From: a virus
Lineage: Duplodnaviria; Caudoviricetes
Virus record (IMG/VR): IMGVR_UViG_3300005332_000010
Coordinates: 1 to 26,367 of that record
DNA length: 26,367 nucleotides
Reading direction: 5' to 3' (one strand)
The notes beneath the pieces are model-generated. The model had not been told where the DNA came from, made no database searches, and saw only the letters and a program-made list of their open reading frames with translations. Within the stretch, counting starts at the first letter, position 1, and each line of letters starts with the position of its first letter. Of the stretch, positions 22,303 through 26,367 are shown piece by piece. A program made the position numbers and the translations under genes.

Positions 22303-23064
22303 GTGCCCTACACCTCGACCACCCTCGCCGACCTGAAAACGCTGATGCTCCAGCGCTGGGACCAGGTCGTCTTCTGGACCGCCGAGGAAGCACGCCTCGC
22401 CATCAACGAGAGCCTGCGCGACTGGAACCTCCTGACCGGCCGGTGGCGCACGCGCGCGACCCTGACCGTGACCGGCGGCGTCCCGGAGATCGATCTCCCC
22501 TCGTCGATCACCTACGGGATGCGGGTCACCACGGCCGCCGGGCTGCCGCTGCACCCGACCTCGCTCCTCGAACTCGACCTGGCGCTGCCGCCCTGGCGGC
22601 TGCAGACGACCGCCACCGGGGGCAGTGTGCCGACCCTGCCAGTGCTGTGGGCGCCGCTCTCGCTCACCCGGATCGCCATCTGGCCGACGCTCGCCGTCAC
22701 CACGCCGGCGGCGCTCGTCTGCGACGGCGTGCTGAAGACGCCGGTGCTGGTGAACGATCCGGACGTCGTCGACCTCGGCGATGAGATCATCGACGTCGTT
22801 GTCGACATGGCGCTGCACGTGGTCGCGTTCAAGGAAGCCGGCGAACGGTGGCGCGCCACTCGGCCGTTCTTCGACAACTTCCTGCAGGCGGCCGCCGACG
22901 AGAACGGGCTGCTCAAGCAGAACCAGGCGTACCGGCGGTTCGCGGGCCTCGACCGCCGCCGCGACCTCCAGCCGACCAAAGGCGCGCGCAGCCAGATCGA
23001 CGGCGTCGCGGCGCAGTTCTCTCGGCACATTGCCGCCGACAGCGGTGGACAGGGGTCGGCCTGA
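22303..23064 (+). CDS. Head-tail adaptor-like protein 2 (about 253 aa, MPYTSTTLADL...)
   Basis: TLADL...FWTAEE...AINE, IDLP, IAIWP and C-terminal helices. The start at 22303 is inferred; the ORF track gives TTG 22264. Confidence 0.7.
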   Translation: MPYTSTTLADLKTLMLQRWDQVVFWTAEEARLAINESLRDWNLLTGRWRTRATLTVTGGVPEIDLPSSITYGMRVTTAAGLPLHPTSLLELDLALPPWRLQTTATGGSVPTLPVLWAPLSLTRIAIWPTLAVTTPAALVCDGVLKTPVLVNDPDVVDLGDEIIDVVVDMALHVVAFKEAGERWRATRPFFDNFLQAAADENGLLKQNQAYRRFAGLDRRRDLQPTKGARSQIDGVAAQFSRHIAADSGGQGSA

Positions 23065-23168
23065 TGCTCTGCTGGGGGGCGACCTCGTCGGAAGTTGCGG
23101 ACAGTCAGCAAGGACTGACAGCGGACGGCTTTCCCGCCCGGCCTTTGAAGTCCGATCCCGCGATCGGC

Positions 23169-23205
23169 CGCCCCGCCTCTAATGCGATTCAGCGGGGCGT
23201 TTTTT
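23169..23205 (+). terminator. Intrinsic terminator
   Basis: CGCCCCGC (23169-23176) pairs with GCGGGGCG (23192-23199) and is followed by TTTTTT. Confidence 0.75.
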
Positions 23206-23221
23206 GCCGTCGGGGGGTGTG

Positions 23222-23377
23222 ATGCTCGACCGCCTTCGACACCGCGTCCTGCATTGGCTGCGTCTCGAACCGTGCCACAACGCCGTCGAGTGGCGGGGTG
23301 ACGAGCTGTGGCACGTCGTGACCTGTGACATCTGTGGAGCACGGGTCATCGAGTTCTCGTCGGGGATACGGCGATGA
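23222..23377 (+). CDS. Small putative Zn-binding protein (51 aa, MLDRLRHRVLHWLRLEPCHN...CDICG...)
   Basis: Translated by hand; ATGA overlap with the next gene. Confidence 0.6.
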   Translation: MLDRLRHRVLHWLRLEPCHNAVEWRGDELWHVVTCDICGARVIEFSSGIRR

Positions 23378-24009
23378 TCGACCGCGCCCTGCTCAGCGAG
23401 CTGCAGTACGTGCTCATCGAGTCGCCCGATGGCGGCGACACCTGGCCGTCGGGGATCTGGACCCGCGACGAGGTGCTCGACGCGCTGAACGCCGGCGTGC
23501 GGGCACTCGCCCGCGACACGCACGTCCGCGTCCTGCGCACCGAGATCGCCGTCCTCGCCGGCACGACGTCGATCGCGCTGCCGGCCGACTGGCTGGCGAC
23601 GGCCTACCTGGTCTGGCGCAGCAGCACCAATGTGCGATCGCCGCTCGGGCCGGTCGACGGCTTCGAGGGGGACGCGGCGCTGCCGGGCTGGGAGACGACG
23701 CCGGGCGTGCCGATCGGCTACGCCGATCTCGACCAGGCGACGCTGACGTTGCGCCTGGTGCCGACGCCGCTCAACAGCGGCACGCTCGAAGTGCTCTATG
23801 TCGCGGTGCCGCCGGCGGCCACCGCGCTCTCCCCGGGCGCCGAGCTGCCGCTGCCCGAGGAGTTCACCAGCGGCATCAAGTACTCGGCGCTCGGGACCCT
23901 GCTGCGCAAAGTCGGGCGCCTCCTCGACGCCGAGCGCGCCGACTACTGCGATCGGCGCTACGACCTCGCACAGACGGTGGCGACGATCATGCTGGGCGGG
24001 TGGGGCTAA
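23374..24009 (+). CDS. Head-tail adaptor-like protein 3 (211 aa)
   Basis: WTRDEVLDALN, IALPADW, LRLVPTP, LEVLY and IKYSAL motifs, parallel to adaptor-like protein 2. Confidence 0.7.
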   Translation: MIDRALLSELQYVLIESPDGGDTWPSGIWTRDEVLDALNAGVRALARDTHVRVLRTEIAVLAGTTSIALPADWLATAYLVWRSSTNVRSPLGPVDGFEGDAALPGWETTPGVPIGYADLDQATLTLRLVPTPLNSGTLEVLYVAVPPAATALSPGAELPLPEEFTSGIKYSALGTLLRKVGRLLDAERADYCDRRYDLAQTVATIMLGGWG

Positions 24010-26367
24010 TGGCGGAGCAGATCTCCCGGCGCGCGAACAACGTCACCGCGTCGGCGTTCGAGGCGCCCTTCGAGACGCAGATCGTGCGCTTCGGCCAGAA
24101 CGGGCTGAACCTCAAAGACTCGCTCGATGCGATGCAGGGCTGGTCGGCGCTGACCAACATCTGGCACGAGCATGAGGGCGAGGCGACCATCCGCCCGGGC
24201 GAGACCTCGCTCGCCACGGTCACCGCCGGGCAGACGGTCCACGCCGTACGCAAGCTGCGCGATCCGCACTTCGGATCGGTCACCCGCTTCTGGGGCGTCG
24301 ACTCCACCTTGCGGCAGGGGACCAGCGGCGCGCTCGCGGCGGCGATCGACACCGGCTACAGCGGCGATCCGCTGACGCTCTTCCCGCACCGGCCGCCCTT
24401 GAGCGGTGAGCCGTGGATGTTCATCGCCGATCGCAGCCGGATGCGGAAGGTGCGCGCCGACGGGCTCGTGCTGCCGATCGGCCTGCCGATCCCCTCCGCC
24501 CCGCCGACCGCCACGCTGCACACCGAGTACAAGCGCGCCATCTGTCTCGGCAACACGACCGACTCGACGCAAGCCGCCGGCTGGGCGGGGGCACCTGGCA
24601 AGGACGATCTCGGCAACGCCACCGACACGCCAGACCCGCCGACCGACGAGACGTCGTCGCCGTCGGGCACGGGCGATCTCTACTTCATCACCAAGCCGGG
24701 ATCGATCGTCACGACCTACGACACCTGGTGGGGCATTCCGATCACGCGCGACCTGACCGAGCTGGACGCCGTCTCACCGGTCACCGGCGACCCGTCGACC
24801 AAGCCCGCTGCGGATGACGACGTCGTGCACCTGTGGATGAAGCTGTCGCACCCGCAGCTGGCCGAGGAGGTGCGGCTGTACATCGTCGTCAGCTCCGTCT
24901 TCAGCGCCACCGTCCTCCCTACCCTCGCGCCGGTGTCGAGCGACACGCCGCCCGGCAGTAATACCGACGCCTACGTCAAGGCGTTCCGCCCGAACGACTA
25001 CGTGCAGTTCGCGCAGGCGACCTCCGATCAGATCACCGCCGCTGAGCAGGCGCGCGTGTTCGCCCTGCGCGACAAGGATGCGAAGACGCGCGGCGTCGAC
25101 GACACGCGCGACAGCTGGGAGGATGCCCGCGCGCAGACCGACCCCAAGCGCGCCCCGTCGCTGCAGCTCGGGCTCGGCACGCATCAGTGGTTCGAGTACG
25201 GCAACATCGGGCTCTCCCTCCGACGCGGCGACTTCCAGCGCCTCGGCTCGGATCCGAACCGCGACTGGTCGACGGTCACCGGCGTGATCGTCTACATCCG
25301 CACGCGCATCACCGCCGCCGATCGCGCCGTCGCGCTCGCCTTCAATGACTGCTATCTGGCCGGTGGCGCCGGGCCCGACACGATGGAGCCGGGCGCGCAG
25401 CAGTACGACTACCGCACGACCAACTACGATCCGCGCACCGGCGCCGAGAGCAACGGCAGCGACGAGATGACCTCGGCGGTCGACAGCCTGCGGCGGATCC
25501 TCAAGGTGACGCCGGCGGCGCACAGTGACAGCGCGATGCGTCAGCGTGTCTACCGCCGCGGCGGATCGATCATCGACGACTGGGACTTCTGCGGGGTGAA
25601 CACGAGTAACGGCGGCGCCTTCCTCGACGATCTCTCCGACGATGCCATCGTCACCGCCGGCCCACTCCCCGACGATCACTATCAGCCGGTGCCAACCGTC
25701 ACCGACGCTGGCGCGACCGTCCTCGCGCAACCGGTCCCGGCGCTGTGGGGCCCGCTCGAAGGCATGATCTTCGCGTGCGGCGATCCGTACCGTCCGGGGC
25801 ATCTCTACTTCTCGATCGCCGGCCAGCCCGATCACTGGTCGGCCGACGGCAACGTCGAGGTGTGTCCGCCGTCTGAGGAGCTGATGCACGGCGGCGTCGC
25901 CGGCCACCAGGGCTTCGTCTTCTCGCGCAACCGCCTGCATCTCATCTACCCGAACCTCTCGGGCACCGCCGGCGTGACGACTGCGCCGTCACTCTGCACG
26001 CGCGGGTTGCTCGGGCGCTGGGCGTTCTGCGTCGGTCCGGGCGGGCTCATCTACTTCGTCGCCGAAGACGGGGTCTTCGCCACCTCCGGCGGCCCCGAGG
26101 ACTGGCTCTCAGAGGCGATCAACCCGCTCTTCTACGGCACGGCGGTCAACGGCTATCAGCCGATCGACAAGGCGACGCCGACGGCGCTGCGCCTGACCAC
26201 CTGGGAGAACTGCCTGTACTTCCAGTACCGCGACACCGGCGGCGGCCGCCAGGTGTTGGTCTACTCGATCCTGCAGAAGTTCTGGCGGCACTACAGCTTC
26301 GGCAAGGCGCCGGCGGTCGTCCAGGGCGAGGACGAGGACGTGCTCGTGATCGGCGGTTACCAGACCG
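24009..26367 (+). CDS. Tail nozzle/hub protein (P22 gp10 / T7 gp12-like), partial, more than 786 codons
   Basis: TAATG start (MAEQISRR...FGQNGLNL...LTN). Frame is in register at start, middle and window end (absent from the ORF track because it has no stop). Beta-propeller-like segments LYFS...PDHW and IYFVAEDGVF. Confidence 0.75.
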   Translation, partial: MAEQISRRANNVTASAFEAPFETQIVRFGQNGLNLKDSLDAMQGWSALTNIWHEHEGEATIRPGETSLATVTAGQTVHAVRKLRDPHFGSVTRFWGVDSTLRQGTSGALAAAIDTGYSGDPLTLFPHRPPLSGEPWMFIADRSRMRKVRADGLVLPIGLPIPSAPPTATLHTEYKRAICLGNTTDSTQAAGWAGAPGKDDLGNATDTPDPPTDETSSPSGTGDLYFITKPGSIVTTYDTWWGIPITRDLTELDAVSPVTGDPSTKPAADDDVVHLWMKLSHPQLAEEVRLYIVVSSVFSATVLPTLAPVSSDTPPGSNTDAYVKAFRPNDYVQFAQATSDQITAAEQARVFALRDKDAKTRGVDDTRDSWEDARAQTDPKRAPSLQLGLGTHQWFEYGNIGLSLRRGDFQRLGSDPNRDWSTVTGVIVYIRTRITAADRAVALAFNDCYLAGGAGPDTMEPGAQQYDYRTTNYDPRTGAESNGSDEMTSAVDSLRRILKVTPAAHSDSAMRQRVYRRGGSIIDDWDFCGVNTSNGGAFLDDLSDDAIVTAGPLPDDHYQPVPTVTDAGATVLAQPVPALWGPLEGMIFACGDPYRPGHLYFSIAGQPDHWSADGNVEVCPPSEELMHGGVAGHQGFVFSRNRLHLIYPNLSGTAGVTTAPSLCTRGLLGRWAFCVGPGGLIYFVAEDGVFATSGGPEDWLSEAINPLFYGTAVNGYQPIDKATPTALRLTTWENCLYFQYRDTGGGRQVLVYSILQKFWRHYSFGKAPAVVQGEDEDVLVIGGYQT

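Larger units (their letters stand above)
1..26367 (+). mobile_element. Tailed bacteriophage (or prophage/phage-plasmid) segment: accessory genes plus packaging, head and short-tail modules
   Basis: Co-oriented dense operons with many TGATG/ATGA overlaps. Recognisable terminase motifs are followed by portal-, scaffold-, capsid-, adaptor- and nozzle-sized genes in podoviral order. No tape measure or sheath gene in the window. Confidence 0.96.

Noticed and set aside
1-26367. Frequent CGATCG/GATC/TCGA words as a HIP1-like signal
   Set aside because: Plausibly explained by ATC/GAC/GAT codons in GC-rich genes; cannot be supported without a Markov-model count.

Overview
The whole window looks like one GC-rich tailed bacteriophage segment (Caudoviricetes, podovirus-like gene order), read almost entirely on the + strand. 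From left to right: (i) a non-coding end (1-533) with a dif/cer-like Xer site, hairpins and short direct repeats; (ii) tightly overlapping small genes, including Zn-finger proteins, a macrodomain protein and a RiPP/lasso-precursor-like peptide; (iii) packaging genes (putative TerS, TerL, portal) interrupted by a single antisense gene; (iv) a candidate lysis cassette; (v) four unrelated small proteins that all end in [RK]-x-L-x-G-G-K-R-stop; (vi) scaffold, major capsid and decoration proteins; (vii) three adaptor-like genes, LamG and fibre-like genes, and a nozzle-like gene that runs off the right edge. No integrase, polymerase, tRNA, rRNA or CRISPR array was seen. All functional calls come from motifs read by eye plus gene order; no database searches were run. 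The most striking unexplained signal is the shared C-terminal tag on the four-gene cassette upstream of scaffold and capsid.
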